Part shown: one piece after another, positions 1 to 10,294 of the stretch
How positions within the stretch are numbered: position 1 is the first letter of the stretch
Layout of the letters: every line of letters starts with the position of its first letter
From: an uncultured virus (IMG/VR IMGVR_UViG_3300035670_000097)
Taxonomy: Duplodnaviria; Heunggongvirae; Uroviricota; Caudoviricetes
Strand: one strand, 5' to 3'
Length of the DNA stretch: 64,000 nucleotides
Virus record (IMG/VR): IMGVR_UViG_3300035670_000097
Coordinates: 1-64,000 of that record
Program-made: the position numbers and the translations under genes
The notes under the pieces: model-generated
What the model was told of the DNA's origin: nothing
Database searches by the model: none
What the model saw: the letters and a program-made list of their open reading frames with translations, nothing else

Positions 1-2
1 GC

Positions 3-2450
3 TTTCAGGGCGGCACTGGCGCTCAGGGTTTTCAGGGTGATACTGGCGCTCAAGGCTTTCAAGGCGACACTGGCGCTCAAGGCTTTCAGGGTGATACTGG
101 CGCTCAAGGCTTTCAAGGCGACACTGGAGCTCAAGGCTTTCAAGGCGACACTGGCGCTCAAGGCTTTCAGGGCAATACTGGTGCGCAGGGCGACACTGGA
201 GCTCAAGGCTTTCAAGGCGACACAGGCGGGCAGGGCGCTCAAGGCGACACTGGCGCTCAAGGATTTCAAGGCGACATAGGCGCTCAAGGCTTTCAGGGTG
301 ATACTGGCGCGCAAGGCGCTCAAGGCGACACAGGCGCTCAAGGCTTTCAAGGCGATACAGGCGCTCAAGGCTTTCAAGGCGACACTGGCGCTCAAGGCTT
401 TCAGGGCAATACAGGTGCTCAAGGCTTTCAAGGCGATACGGGCGATACGGGCGCTCAAGGCTTCCAGGGTAGTACGGGTGCTCAAGGGGACGCAGGCGCT
501 CAGGGTTTTCAAGGCGACACTGGCGCTCAAGGCTTTCAGGGCAATACAGGTGCTCAAGGCTTTCAAGGCGATACAGGCGCTCAAGGTTTCCAAGGCGATA
601 TAGGTGCTCAAGGCTCACAGGGATTTCAAGGAGATACTGGCGCTCAAGGCTTTCAGGGCGATACTGGTGTTCAGGGATCCCAAGGGGATGCTGGTCCGGG
701 CCTTCCTGCTGGAGGTCTTCCGGGCGAGTATATTGTTAAAAATACGTCTACTGACTATGATACAGTTTGGACTGATCGCGTTAATGCTAAGACAATTTAT
801 GAAAATGTAAAAAATATTTCTGGTACCGCTTTAGTCAAAGGAACTCCAGTCTATCAAATCGGAGTAACAGGAAATACAGTTACGGTTGGTGTTGCAAGAG
901 CAGACGATCCGGATAAATTTGCCATAGGTGTTTTAGATGAACCCTTAACTGACGAGCAAGAAGGACGAATGCTTGTTCTTGGCGAAATTAAAAACGTCAA
1001 TACAGCAGGTTTTTCTTCTGGAGACAAGGTATATTTAGGTGCAACTGGAGGTTATACCAATATTCCTCCTACAGATTCAAATACTGCTCGCCAATTTTTA
1101 GGAATTGTAATTCGTGTTGATACTGATGTAGGCTCTGGATATATTACTGGCACTTTGACAGAGGATGCAGTAAAATATCAAAGTGGATCTTTTTATGGGT
1201 GGACTGGCAGCGCCTGGGAATTATTGGAACTTCAAGGCCCTCAAGGCGACGTAGGCGCTCAAGGCGCTCAGGGAGATACTGGTGCTCAGGGCGCTACGGG
1301 CGCTCAAGGCGATACAGGTGCTCAGGGCGCTACGGGCGCTCAGGGCGCTACGGGGGCTCAAGGCGATACCGGTGCTCAAGGCGATACTGGAGCTCAAGGC
1401 GACTCGGGTGCTCAAGGCGATACTGGAGCTCAAGGCGACTCGGGTGCTCAAGGCGATACTGGTGCTCAGGGCGCTACGGGCGCTCAAGGCGATACTGGTG
1501 CTCAGGGCGCTACAGGTGCTCAGGGCGCTACGGGCGCTCAAGGCGACACAGGTGCTCAAGGCGATACAGGTGCTCAGGGCGCTACGGGAGCTCAAGGCGC
1601 TACGGGAGCTCAAGGCGCTACGGGTGCTCAAGGCGATACTGGTGCTCAAGGCGCTACTGGCGCTCAAGGCGATACTGGTGCTCAGGGCGCTACGGGCGCT
1701 CAAGGCGCTACTGGCGCTCAAGGCGATACTGGTGCTCAAGGCGACACGGGCGCTCAGGGCGCTACAGGCGCTCAAGGCGATACTGGCGCTCAAGGCGCTA
1801 CGGGCGCTCAAGGCGACACGGGCGCTCAAGGCGATACTGGTGCTCAGGGCGCTACGGGAGCTCAAGGCGATACTGGTGCTCAAGGCGACACGGGCGCTCA
1901 GGGCGCTACGGGCGCTCAGGGCGCTACGGGCGCTCAAGGAGATACTGGTGCTCAGGGCGCTACAGGCGCTCAAGGCGATACTGGTGCTCAAGGCTTTCAA
2001 GGCGATACTGGTCCGACAATATATCCCGGGGCAGGGGTTGCAATATCAACAGGAACAGCGTGGGGCACCAGTAAAACAGCTCCAAGCGGCGATATTGTTG
2101 GCACTACAGATACGCAAACTCTTACTGCTAAAACTCTTGGCAACTACACAGAAACAGTTTTTGCAATATCGGATGGCTCCACAGTAAATCTTGACCCAAC
2201 AAACGGTTCTATTCAGACATGGACATTAGGAGCCAGCCGCACACCAGGACAAGCTAATTGGTCTGCTGGACAATCAATTACACTTTTAATTGACGATGGT
2301 ACTGACTATGCAATTACCTGGAGTTCTCTGTCCGTTGTCTGGAAGACAGGAGGCGGCGTAGCTCCAACCCTTGAAACTACTGGAGTTACTGTCATTGTAT
2401 TATGGAAAGTTAGCACGACGATCTACGGTGCTCGGGTAGGTAACGCTTAA
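3..2450 (+). CDS. Collagen-like fibre protein, 5'-truncated by the window edge: two Gly-X-Y blocks separated by a globular domain, plus a C-terminal globular tip
   Basis: Frame 3 reads open from position 3 ([13 protein letters not shown]...) into the listed 969..2450 ORF. Block 1 (~3-690) is GFQ/GDT/GAQ triplets; block 2 (~1236-2012) is GAQ/GDT/GAT triplets. Confidence 0.85.
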   Translation, partial: FQGGTGAQGFQGDTGAQGFQGDTGAQGFQGDTGAQGFQGDTGAQGFQGDTGAQGFQGNTGAQGDTGAQGFQGDTGGQGAQGDTGAQGFQGDIGAQGFQGDTGAQGAQGDTGAQGFQGDTGAQGFQGDTGAQGFQGNTGAQGFQGDTGDTGAQGFQGSTGAQGDAGAQGFQGDTGAQGFQGNTGAQGFQGDTGAQGFQGDIGAQGSQGFQGDTGAQGFQGDTGVQGSQGDAGPGLPAGGLPGEYIVKNTSTDYDTVWTDRVNAKTIYENVKNISGTALVKGTPVYQIGVTGNTVTVGVARADDPDKFAIGVLDEPLTDEQEGRMLVLGEIKNVNTAGFSSGDKVYLGATGGYTNIPPTDSNTARQFLGIVIRVDTDVGSGYITGTLTEDAVKYQSGSFYGWTGSAWELLELQGPQGDVGAQGAQGDTGAQGATGAQGDTGAQGATGAQGATGAQGDTGAQGDTGAQGDSGAQGDTGAQGDSGAQGDTGAQGATGAQGDTGAQGATGAQGATGAQGDTGAQGDTGAQGATGAQGATGAQGATGAQGDTGAQGATGAQGDTGAQGATGAQGATGAQGDTGAQGDTGAQGATGAQGDTGAQGATGAQGDTGAQGDTGAQGATGAQGDTGAQGDTGAQGATGAQGATGAQGDTGAQGATGAQGDTGAQGFQGDTGPTIYPGAGVAISTGTAWGTSKTAPSGDIVGTTDTQTLTAKTLGNYTETVFAISDGSTVNLDPTNGSIQTWTLGASRTPGQANWSAGQSITLLIDDGTDYAITWSSLSVVWKTGGGVAPTLETTGVTVIVLWKVSTTIYGARVGNA

Positions 2451-3136
2451 TGCTGGCTACATACCTCAAAGGAGGGTCTTCTGTACGAGCGGAATTCGTC
2501 AGTGCCTCCGCAGCGGTAGGAGGGAGCAGTAGCTTGTCGCCATCGCTTCCAGACGGGACAGCCATAGGTGATGTTGTGTTCATTTACTGCGCAAACCGCA
2601 ACGGCCTGAACAGGTGGAACACGCCTACTGACTGGGAGCTGTTAGAGGAGACCACTAGCCATTCTGTCTTTGCAAGGCGTCGAGACTCGGAGTGGTCGAT
2701 GCCGACGCTTACTTATACTGGGAATATCGCGCAAAGCGTAGCGCAGGCTGTAGCTATTCGAGGCTTGTTAAATATATCCACGGTCGAATCAATACTAGTC
2801 GCCGAGGCCGAAGTCACGGGGACCCAGCAGGATATGCCAATTCCAGCCTTGACAATTAGCAGTGGAAGCAATCTTTTTGTGATTTGTTTTGCTACTAAAG
2901 CGGCCACATCGGTTGCCGATGGTTTTTCGGTTTCGGATCTTGATGCGCCGTCACCCTGGACCGTCGGCAGCGCCGGAAAAGGTATTAATGGCACTTCATT
3001 AATATGCGCGACGTTTTACGTGCAGCAAGTCGGAGCGGCAACGAATATAAGCTCTGATACCGCGTTAATCGTCGCCGACCAAGATGAATCGTTATTCTGC
3101 CGGTCGTCCATTTTTGCTTTTCAAACTTCTGGGTAA
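2450..3136 (+). CDS. Putative virion/tail-fibre-associated protein
   Basis: 228 aa, Ser/Thr/Ala-rich and beta-strand-like; start overlaps the fibre gene stop (TAATG). Confidence 0.5.
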   Translation: MLATYLKGGSSVRAEFVSASAAVGGSSSLSPSLPDGTAIGDVVFIYCANRNGLNRWNTPTDWELLEETTSHSVFARRRDSEWSMPTLTYTGNIAQSVAQAVAIRGLLNISTVESILVAEAEVTGTQQDMPIPALTISSGSNLFVICFATKAATSVADGFSVSDLDAPSPWTVGSAGKGINGTSLICATFYVQQVGAATNISSDTALIVADQDESLFCRSSIFAFQTSG

Positions 3137-3205
3137 ATCAATTTGAGATTTGTGAATAACAAAAAACTATTTTGGGCGAAGAGTAGTCCAATCGGAGCAA
3201 TTTAA

Positions 3206-3748
3206 ATGTACATAAAAATTATAAATACTATTCCTGTAAAATATACTCTCTCGCAACTACGAAAAGATAATCCGCAAGTTAGTTTTCCTGTTAACATTTC
3301 TAATAACTTAGCGGAGGAGTTTGGAGTCTATCCGTTACAAGCTACCCCTCGCCCACAAATAGATTATATTACTCAAAACTGTACTGAAGGAACCCCACAG
3401 TTTATAAACGGTAGCTGGGCTCAGACTTGGGTTATCTCTGACGCCTCTCAGGAAGAAATCGCAGAAAGAAAACAAAATTTAATAGACTCGATTACTGATG
3501 AAACTCAAAACAGGTTAGATTCATTTGCTCAAACAAGATTGTACGAAGGAATATTAAGCCTTTGTTCTTACCAAAACAGTCCAAATCTTAAATTTAGAAC
3601 CGAAGGTCAGTATGGAGTGGAAGCTCGAGATGCAACATGGTCAAAACTATATGAGTTGTTAGATGAAGTACTCTCAGGTACTAGACCAATTCCTTCCGGC
3701 TATGAAGACATTGCATCTGAGCTTCCAGTATTAGAGTGGCCTAATTAA
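3206..3748 (+). CDS. Putative tail fibre assembly/chaperone-like protein
   Basis: 180 aa; LRKDNPQVSFP and WAQTW motifs and a C-terminal LEWP, as typical of genes following phage fibres; GGAG RBS. Confidence 0.55.
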   Translation: MYIKIINTIPVKYTLSQLRKDNPQVSFPVNISNNLAEEFGVYPLQATPRPQIDYITQNCTEGTPQFINGSWAQTWVISDASQEEIAERKQNLIDSITDETQNRLDSFAQTRLYEGILSLCSYQNSPNLKFRTEGQYGVEARDATWSKLYELLDEVLSGTRPIPSGYEDIASELPVLEWPN

Positions 3749-4989
3749 ATTTGTACTATACCAGGAATTCGCGGTCCGTTCTTCAACGCGAATAACCAAG
3801 CGTCCGTAATAGCTACATTATTATCCCACCAAAAGGTATTTAATTTAGCTTCCTGAAAGCGTATCGTTTTATTACGAATATACATTGCTTTATTTTCCCG
3901 AGTATAATACCAAAAACTATTTTCATTCCAGTAGCTTACATGAGTAGGGTCTTGCCAGGCGCCTCTACCGTCTGTGCTCGGTACTTGAATAAATGCCCAC
4001 CCGCCATGAGCTAATACTCGATGAATTTCGCTCATAATTTTTTGTTTGTCGTAAAGATGTTCAATAATGTGCGAGGCGTTAAGTACTCCGACACTGTTGT
4101 CTTCTAGTGGAATTCCTTCGTTTAAATTTGCGATTATATCTGCATCCTGCTGATCAATTGTTAGACACCCCGGTTTTGCACTAATTCCTCCGCCTATATC
4201 AACTACCAACAGATTTTTATTTTGAGCATCTTTTACTGCCAAATCCCAGGCATATTTGTAAAATAACTCTACTGTTGTTTTTTGAATTTGTTGATTTCGT
4301 TCTAGCCAGGTGTTGTTTCCAGTAATGCGATAAATATACAAAACTTCATCAATATAATGCATTTTTGTACGTAGATAAGTTCGAATCAACAGCTCATGAT
4401 CGTCACAAATTGAAAGCTCAGAATTGTGACCTCCGATTTCTTGATAGACGCTTTTACGCCAGCTTCGAACATGATCAGGTGCGTACCAAATTAATCGCAT
4501 CGAATGGCTACTTGGTGGAAAAGAGTTCATTGCATATAAACTCTGCCCTTTCCAGTCAAGCATGGTATAAGTCCAACCATGTGCCGGATTAAAAGGAACA
4601 AATTTATTTTGCATGTGAAGTACGGCATTTTTACTATAAACAAACCCTACTTCTTCATTTTGATACGCTTCGTTTAGCTTTTGCAAGCAATTCGGTGTAA
4701 TCAGATCATCATGATCAACTTCCACCAAAATATCGCCGGAACCTTCAGAAAAAGCAAAATTTTTAATTGCTCCTACTCGATTCTCATTACCAGCAAGAAT
4801 AAAGATGCTCACTTTAGAGTTTTGTCGAATAATTTCTGGAATATCCTCTAAAGTACAGTTTCCATTTACATATAGAACCCACTCCCAGTTCGTATAAGTC
4901 TGTGCTAAAATACTTTCATATAATTCTAGCAAAAAAGGAATATTTTTGGAATCATGCTCTGGAGTAATAATACTAAATTTATAATTCAT
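3745..4989 (-). CDS. GT2 glycosyltransferase fused to a C-terminal class I SAM-methyltransferase-like domain
   Basis: N-terminal FSIITP, YTNWEWV and VDHDD (DxDD); C-terminal VDIGGG, SHIIEHL and EIHRVLAHGG. Confidence 0.8.
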   Translation of the reverse strand: MNYKFSIITPEHDSKNIPFLLELYESILAQTYTNWEWVLYVNGNCTLEDIPEIIRQNSKVSIFILAGNENRVGAIKNFAFSEGSGDILVEVDHDDLITPNCLQKLNEAYQNEEVGFVYSKNAVLHMQNKFVPFNPAHGWTYTMLDWKGQSLYAMNSFPPSSHSMRLIWYAPDHVRSWRKSVYQEIGGHNSELSICDDHELLIRTYLRTKMHYIDEVLYIYRITGNNTWLERNQQIQKTTVELFYKYAWDLAVKDAQNKNLLVVDIGGGISAKPGCLTIDQQDADIIANLNEGIPLEDNSVGVLNASHIIEHLYDKQKIMSEIHRVLAHGGWAFIQVPSTDGRGAWQDPTHVSYWNENSFWYYTRENKAMYIRNKTIRFQEAKLNTFWWDNNVAITDAWLFALKNGPRIPGIVQI

Positions 4990-4991
4990 AA

Positions 4992-5564
4992 TTAATCAAA
5001 AAAGAAAAGATGAGTAAGACGACCTGTTGAAAGTGAGTCCCCAAAATAGGGGCCAGCCGAGTGAATGCACTGTGCGCTCATAATAATTAAACGATTGTAA
5101 ACGTTTCCTACGCTATCTACGGTTTCAAACTTTGTAGAGTCATAAAATCCTCCAGAAAAAGTTTTTTTCATGATTTCTGAATCGTCCGTGCTTTCTCGAA
5201 CTCCAGTGGTTCGAGAGGAGTAAAATCTAGTTCCGCTTTCAAAAGGCGCATTTGGAGTTAAATAAATAATTGCTGCCCACTTTTGAAAGTCACAATGGTA
5301 GACTTGAAAGTCTTCAGCAGTCATAAGCTGAAAAACGCCGTTTGCTTGGTAGTTCCAGTTTGTTATTGGCTCTCCTAGTATTTTTTCAAACTCGGTTTTT
5401 ATACTATCTGGGCGGAAAACTTCAGTACTTCGTAGTCCTTTATAGTACCGGATATCGCTTTTGTACTGTTGTTGAAGAGCAGTATTTCGAATTTCATTCG
5501 GGTACTCATAGAAGTTGTCTACAACGAAAAGTCTTTTTCTCATTTTTGTACTTGCATTGAACAT
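4992..5564 (-). CDS. 2OG-Fe(II) oxygenase-like protein (DUF6445-like)
   Basis: VVDNFY, HCD (HxD), AAIIYLTP, GTRFY, NRLI, distal H and C-terminal RLTHLFFFD. Start refined to ATG 5564 behind a GGAG RBS. Confidence 0.7.
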   Translation of the reverse strand: MFNASTKMRKRLFVVDNFYEYPNEIRNTALQQQYKSDIRYYKGLRSTEVFRPDSIKTEFEKILGEPITNWNYQANGVFQLMTAEDFQVYHCDFQKWAAIIYLTPNAPFESGTRFYSSRTTGVRESTDDSEIMKKTFSGGFYDSTKFETVDSVGNVYNRLIIMSAQCIHSAGPYFGDSLSTGRLTHLFFFD

Positions 5565-5565
5565 T

Positions 5566-5976
5566 TCAATATTTCTCCGTATAAAATTGAAAGTCTCCAA
5601 TTTTCTCAACATAGTTTTTACTAGGAAAAGCGTCCCATTTATGACTATGAAAATAAAGCGTATCTCCTGGAAGTGAAACCACCTGCATAGGGTGTATTCT
5701 CAATATAAGTCGAGCAATACTACGAGACTGATCCCAGCTTTTTGCTTCCTTTGGATCGTCCGGTCGGCCATCACAATACCACTTAAACTGGCATTTATTT
5801 TTTAAAGGAAAGTTAAATATGTGCGGTCCGTCTTGGACGACCGCACATACTGTGTTTGGGAAATTTTCGTGGTCTGTTCGATTCATTACTACTTGCGCGA
5901 TTGCAATCTGTGTTTCCACAGGCTGATTTCGAGCTTCCCAATAAACTGTCAGTGCCAAGCAAATTTCCGCAAACAT
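5566..5976 (-). CDS. SleB-like cell wall hydrolase (Hydrolase_2)
   Basis: CLALTVYWEARNQ, VVMNR, FPNTVCAVV, CQFKWYCDG and IGDFQFY motifs. Confidence 0.85.
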   Translation of the reverse strand: MFAEICLALTVYWEARNQPVETQIAIAQVVMNRTDHENFPNTVCAVVQDGPHIFNFPLKNKCQFKWYCDGRPDDPKEAKSWDQSRSIARLILRIHPMQVVSLPGDTLYFHSHKWDAFPSKNYVEKIGDFQFYTEKY

Positions 5977-6935
5977 TACTTAAAGATATCTTGCCAATTG
6001 CCTGTAGTACTTGCTCGAGCGTATTCGGTCGAGCGATTTTCAAAGAAATTGGTATGCTCTACAGCGTTTAACATAAAGTCCAGCCAAGGAAGCGGGTTTT
6101 CTCGGCTATGAAAGATTTTTTTCATGCCAAGACCAAGCAGTCTTCGATCTGCAATATATCGAATATACTCTTTCACTTCATTCGCCGTAAGTTCTGGAAC
6201 TTTACAGTTTTCAAATACTGTATCAATAAATGCATCCTCTAGCTCTACGACTCGCTCTGCCGCACAGTAGATTTCGTACTTAAGCTTATCGTTCCAAATC
6301 TCTGGGTACTCTCGAACAAACTCTCTAAACAGTCGGCTAAGCCCTTCCACATGAAGCGTTTCGTCTCGAACAGACCATGTAATAATCTGTCCCATACCTT
6401 TCATTAGATTGTGGCGAGGATAGTTCAACAAAATTGCAAAACTACTAAAAAGCTGAACACCCTCTGTAAATCCGCTGTAAACTGCCATAGTCTTGGCAAT
6501 ATTCATCGGATCGTCCATACTGAAGTTTGAAAGATACTCATGCTTGTCTGCCATCGCTTTGATGTTTGCAAACATTTGAAATTCGCTTTCATCAAACTCA
6601 AGCGTATCCACTAGCAATGCATAAGCTTCTTGGTGCACAGCTTCCATTGCAGCAAAAGATGCAAGCATCATTCTTACCTCCGGCTTTTTGAAGGTCGGAA
6701 GGTAGTGCTTAGCATAACCACAGCATACATCTACGTCAGCCTGAGTAAAAAAGCGAAAAATTTGAGACAACAGCTTTTTATTGTCTGGATCAAGCTTTGT
6801 ACGAAAATCTTTAAGATCATCGGCCAGCGGAACCTCGTCCGGAAGCCAGTGCATGTGTTGTTGAGTTTTATAATACTCAAATGCCCAGGGGTATTCAAAC
6901 GGCTTATAATAATTTCTTTCTTCAAGTAGACTCAT
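5976..6935 (-). CDS. nrdB: Ribonucleotide reductase class Ia beta subunit
   Basis: YKPFEYPW, FFTQAD, EAVHQEAY, EGVQLFSSF, RDETLH and NFFENR motifs. Confidence 0.95.
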   Translation of the reverse strand: MSLLEERNYYKPFEYPWAFEYYKTQQHMHWLPDEVPLADDLKDFRTKLDPDNKKLLSQIFRFFTQADVDVCCGYAKHYLPTFKKPEVRMMLASFAAMEAVHQEAYALLVDTLEFDESEFQMFANIKAMADKHEYLSNFSMDDPMNIAKTMAVYSGFTEGVQLFSSFAILLNYPRHNLMKGMGQIITWSVRDETLHVEGLSRLFREFVREYPEIWNDKLKYEIYCAAERVVELEDAFIDTVFENCKVPELTANEVKEYIRYIADRRLLGLGMKKIFHSRENPLPWLDFMLNAVEHTNFFENRSTEYARASTTGNWQDIFK

Positions 6936-7000
6936 ATTTTTCTCCTACTACTAAATAGTTGCCAAAGTATAAGATTTGGCACCTGTGTATTTTATTAATT

Positions 7001-7621
7001 TTATTTATCTAGTTTTTCCAGTTTTATTATTGAGTGCATTTTACTGCCTAGATTATTTCTACTCATATATTTTAGGGTTCCATAAGGAATATTCTTTTTT
7101 ATGGATATTTCTTTCATATATAAAAAATCTTCTGTAGTGCCGTTTGTGTAGTGCACTCGCACTGGGCTAGCAGTATGATTTTTCCAAGGCTCTTTAGTCA
7201 TTGGATTATTTTGCCTCATTCTTATAGAAAGTTGTTCTCTTTCTTCCTGAGGGGTTTCACGTGCTGTTAACTCACCAGAAGCAAACTTTTTTTTGCGTGT
7301 TTCTGCCATTTTTATTCGAGAATCAGCATTAAACATAGGATTAATGCTTAACATTCTGGCACGGTGGTGCTCTTTGTCCCCGTGCTGTATAAGCATCATT
7401 CTATACGCGTAAAGTATTTTTATGTTTTCTGGAAATATTTTAACCAATAAATGATGAGCTAATAAATGTTCTCTATAGGTTAATTTTACTAAATTAAAGC
7501 TCTCATTTTCCCCGCCCATACATCTGGGAATTATATGGTGAATTTCATACCCATTTTCTCGTGCAAGGTTTCTTGAACTGCGAGAGTCTACTAGCGATAT
7601 GTAGATATTAGTATAATTCAT
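7001..7621 (-). CDS. Free-standing HNH homing endonuclease between nrdA and nrdB
   Basis: YEIHHIIPRCMGG...NLVKLTYREHLLAHHLL motif; own sigma70-type promoter and GGAGG RBS. Confidence 0.85.
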   Translation of the reverse strand: MNYTNIYISLVDSRSSRNLARENGYEIHHIIPRCMGGENESFNLVKLTYREHLLAHHLLVKIFPENIKILYAYRMMLIQHGDKEHHRARMLSINPMFNADSRIKMAETRKKKFASGELTARETPQEEREQLSIRMRQNNPMTKEPWKNHTASPVRVHYTNGTTEDFLYMKEISIKKNIPYGTLKYMSRNNLGSKMHSIIKLEKLDK

Positions 7622-7643
7622 ATTAAAATCCTCCTATAGAATT

Positions 7644-7672
7644 ATAATACCAAAATTAACCCTCGCAGTCAA
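7644..7672 (-). promoter_or_regulatory. Sigma70-type early promoter
   Basis: TTGACT-N17-TATTAT upstream of the HNH gene. Confidence 0.65.
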
Positions 7673-7686
7673 GAATTATTTTTTAC

Positions 7687-9462
7687 CTACCCTTCACATG
7701 CTATACAATTTCCTTCGTCAAGACTATCAAAAATCATTTGCCTTAATGCTTCATCCGATACAGTTTCAGCGCGCTTGTATGCTTCGCTGCGGCAGTAATA
7801 CAGTGTTTTAACTCCGCGTTTCCAAGCCATCATATGTACTGCATGTAGCTCTTGTTTCGATACGTTTGCAGGAAAAAACAAATTCAACGATTGAGACTGG
7901 CAAATAAATTCTTGTCGATCTCCTGCCAAATCCACTACCCATCGCTGATCAATTTCAACTGCTGTTTTGAACACGCTCTTGGTGTACTCGTCGAGAAAAT
8001 CCAAATGCTGAACGCTACCATTATTGGTTACGATTGATTTCCAAACTTCGTCCGTATTTTGTCCAAGCTCTTCGAGAATAAACTCGAGATATTCGTTTTT
8101 AAGTAACGAGGTGCCTGACTTAGTTTTCTGACTAAACGCATTAGCCCGATAAGGCTCAATAGAAGGACTAGTATTACCGCAAATAATGCTGCTACTAGCG
8201 TTAGGAGCAATAGCGAGCAAATGAGCATTACGCATCCCCGAAGATTCTCCGTCGGGACAAGGTCCTCGAGATACTGCAAGACGTTTAGACTCCTCCACGG
8301 CTTTGGCCTTGATATGACGGAACATACGAAGGTTGATAGACTTTGCCATTGCGCTTTCAAATGGAATATTATGTCTTTGTAAGTAAGCATGAAAACCCAT
8401 TCCTCCTAATCCAATGCTGCGCTCTCTCATTGCGCTGTATTTTGCTCTTGCCAACTGCGGCGGGGCCTGTTCAATAAAGTAAGTCAACACGTTGTCCAAC
8501 ATTCGCACTAAATCTGCAATAAAGTGCGGATGATCTTTCCACTCGTCAAATTCTTCCAAATTTACACTTGAAAGACAGCAAACTGCTGTACGCTCGGCGT
8601 TCGTCGGAAGCGTAATTTCACTACACAAATTTGAGTGATGTACACGCAATCCAAGCTTCTTTTGAAATTCTGGCAGTGCATCGTTTACCGTATCTTCAAA
8701 CATGATGTACGGCTCGCCAGTCTCAACTCGATTTTGAATGAGCTTGACCCAAAGTGCTTTTGCAGATACAATCTTTTTAACTTCGTTGCTGTGAGGATCA
8801 ATCAATGCCCAGTTATCATCGTAGCCTGGAGTGAGCGTTGCATTTTCAATAATTTGCATGAAACTGTTAGGAATTACAACTGCATGATGCAAATTTGTAG
8901 ATTTGCGGTTAATATCTCCACCTGTCGGTTTTCGCATATCAAGAAACTCTTCAATTTCAGGATGCGACATATGAAGGTATGCAGCATAGCTACCACGACG
9001 AGTAACACCTTGAGAAAATGCCAGCATTTCGGCATCTACGACTTTCATAAACGGAATGACTCCAGTCGACTCGCTGCCGTTTGACGTTTTTGAGCCTACG
9101 CTTCGCACCGACGACCAATTTCCGCCGACCCCGCCACCGACTGAAGACAGCCACGCGTTCTCGGTATAATGTTCTGTGATACCTTCTCGGCTATCAGGCA
9201 CATGATTTAAAAAACAAGAGATTGGCAGTCCTCGAGAGCTGCCTCCATTTGACAATATTGGAGTACTATACATAAACCACAGTTTAGATGCATAGTCATA
9301 CAATCGTTGCGCGTGCTCTTCGTCATCTGCAAACGACATTGCAGCTCGAGCAAAAGCTTCTTGAGGGCCTTTTTCGTTCGGAAGAAGATAACGATCTTCT
9401 AACGTCTTTTTTCCAAATTCTGAAAGTAGTCGGTCCCGCCCATTATTAATCTGTAGTGGCAT
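7687..9462 (-). CDS. nrdA: Ribonucleotide reductase class Ia alpha subunit (short form, no evident ATP cone)
   Basis: STPILSN, PISCF, SNLCSEI, VCCLSS, IAPNASSS, KTLYY and a C-terminal CIACEG. Confidence 0.95.
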   Translation of the reverse strand: MPLQINNGRDRLLSEFGKKTLEDRYLLPNEKGPQEAFARAAMSFADDEEHAQRLYDYASKLWFMYSTPILSNGGSSRGLPISCFLNHVPDSREGITEHYTENAWLSSVGGGVGGNWSSVRSVGSKTSNGSESTGVIPFMKVVDAEMLAFSQGVTRRGSYAAYLHMSHPEIEEFLDMRKPTGGDINRKSTNLHHAVVIPNSFMQIIENATLTPGYDDNWALIDPHSNEVKKIVSAKALWVKLIQNRVETGEPYIMFEDTVNDALPEFQKKLGLRVHHSNLCSEITLPTNAERTAVCCLSSVNLEEFDEWKDHPHFIADLVRMLDNVLTYFIEQAPPQLARAKYSAMRERSIGLGGMGFHAYLQRHNIPFESAMAKSINLRMFRHIKAKAVEESKRLAVSRGPCPDGESSGMRNAHLLAIAPNASSSIICGNTSPSIEPYRANAFSQKTKSGTSLLKNEYLEFILEELGQNTDEVWKSIVTNNGSVQHLDFLDEYTKSVFKTAVEIDQRWVVDLAGDRQEFICQSQSLNLFFPANVSKQELHAVHMMAWKRGVKTLYYCRSEAYKRAETVSDEALRQMIFDSLDEGNCIACEG

Positions 9463-10294
9463 TCATGTACTCCATAACTATGTTGTCGATATTCGACACA
9501 TTTTCCGTACCTATGGCTTCATCACAAAAGGTGAGTAAATCCATTAGGTTAAGATTTAATAAAATTCTATCCGCATGTTCATTTAATGATTGAATATACT
9601 TGTATTTGCTTGAAATAGGGCAAGCATCATATAAATCTAGTGCCGAGCCATACTGTTCAATCAATCCAGAAGCTCGCTTCGGGCCTACGCCCGGAATTCC
9701 AAGAATATTATCGCCAGGGTCGCCTACGAGAGCTTTCCAAGACACATAATTTTCAATAGAAACATCATAAGGCCACTGTGAGGTTGATACTTCCTTACGC
9801 GTGACATATGAAAATCTTGATACCTTATCAGAGATTAAACAATCCCAGTCTTTATCTGAAGAAATCAACCAAATATGGTCGATTTCATACTTGTTTGCTG
9901 TTTTGACTAGGTAGCCGGCAATATCGTCGGCCTCTACACCTTTATATCGAAGTACTGGATACTTTGTGAAATATTGGAGAGTACGCTCATACTCTTCGAA
10001 AAATTTCTCAAAAGCTTCTTTTTCTTCTTGAGTTTGCTGCTCTACTTTATCTTTGCGATTTTGCTTATACTCTGGGTACATTTCTTTTCGAAAGGAACTA
10101 CTGCCCCAGTCTGCCGCAATAATCACTTTTGAACAATCATAAGAACGCGCAAGAGATTCTACGGTTCTTACATATTCTTCTTTAAAGTCAGTTCGTCCTT
10201 GATGCTTCCATCTAAACGCTAGGTTCATTGAGTCAACAATCATTAGATTGTTGCCGCTCGGGCCGTTCATAAGAGTAGAGAAATTAGTTGCCAT
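9446..10294 (-). CDS. 5'-3' exonuclease / flap endonuclease (T5 D15-like)
   Basis: IVDSMNLAFR, YPEYKQNRK, GVEADD, SSDKDW and GDPGDNILGIPGVGPKRA motifs. Confidence 0.9.
   Translation of the reverse strand: MATNFSTLMNGPSGNNLMIVDSMNLAFRWKHQGRTDFKEEYVRTVESLARSYDCSKVIIAADWGSSSFRKEMYPEYKQNRKDKVEQQTQEEKEAFEKFFEEYERTLQYFTKYPVLRYKGVEADDIAGYLVKTANKYEIDHIWLISSDKDWDCLISDKVSRFSYVTRKEVSTSQWPYDVSIENYVSWKALVGDPGDNILGIPGVGPKRASGLIEQYGSALDLYDACPISSKYKYIQSLNEHADRILLNLNLMDLLTFCDEAIGTENVSNIDNIVMEYMNATTD

Noticed and set aside
37..2187. ORFs 37..279, 298..603, 604..810, 1199..2074, 1221..2000 and 1282..2187 (LKA-, SRR- and ALS-rich)
   Set aside because: Alternative-frame and antisense shadows of the collagen Gly-X-Y repeat; the real frame is the continuous frame 3.
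4992..5564. TET/JBP DNA-hydroxylating dioxygenase for base hypermodification
   Set aside because: The motif layout fits DUF6445/prolyl-hydroxylase-like oxygenases, and no DNA cytosine methyltransferase is seen in the window.
6936..7686. HNH between nrdA and nrdB as an intron-encoded ORF
   Set aside because: nrdA ends with its CxxC tail and nrdB starts intact; the HNH has its own promoter and RBS, so it is free-standing.
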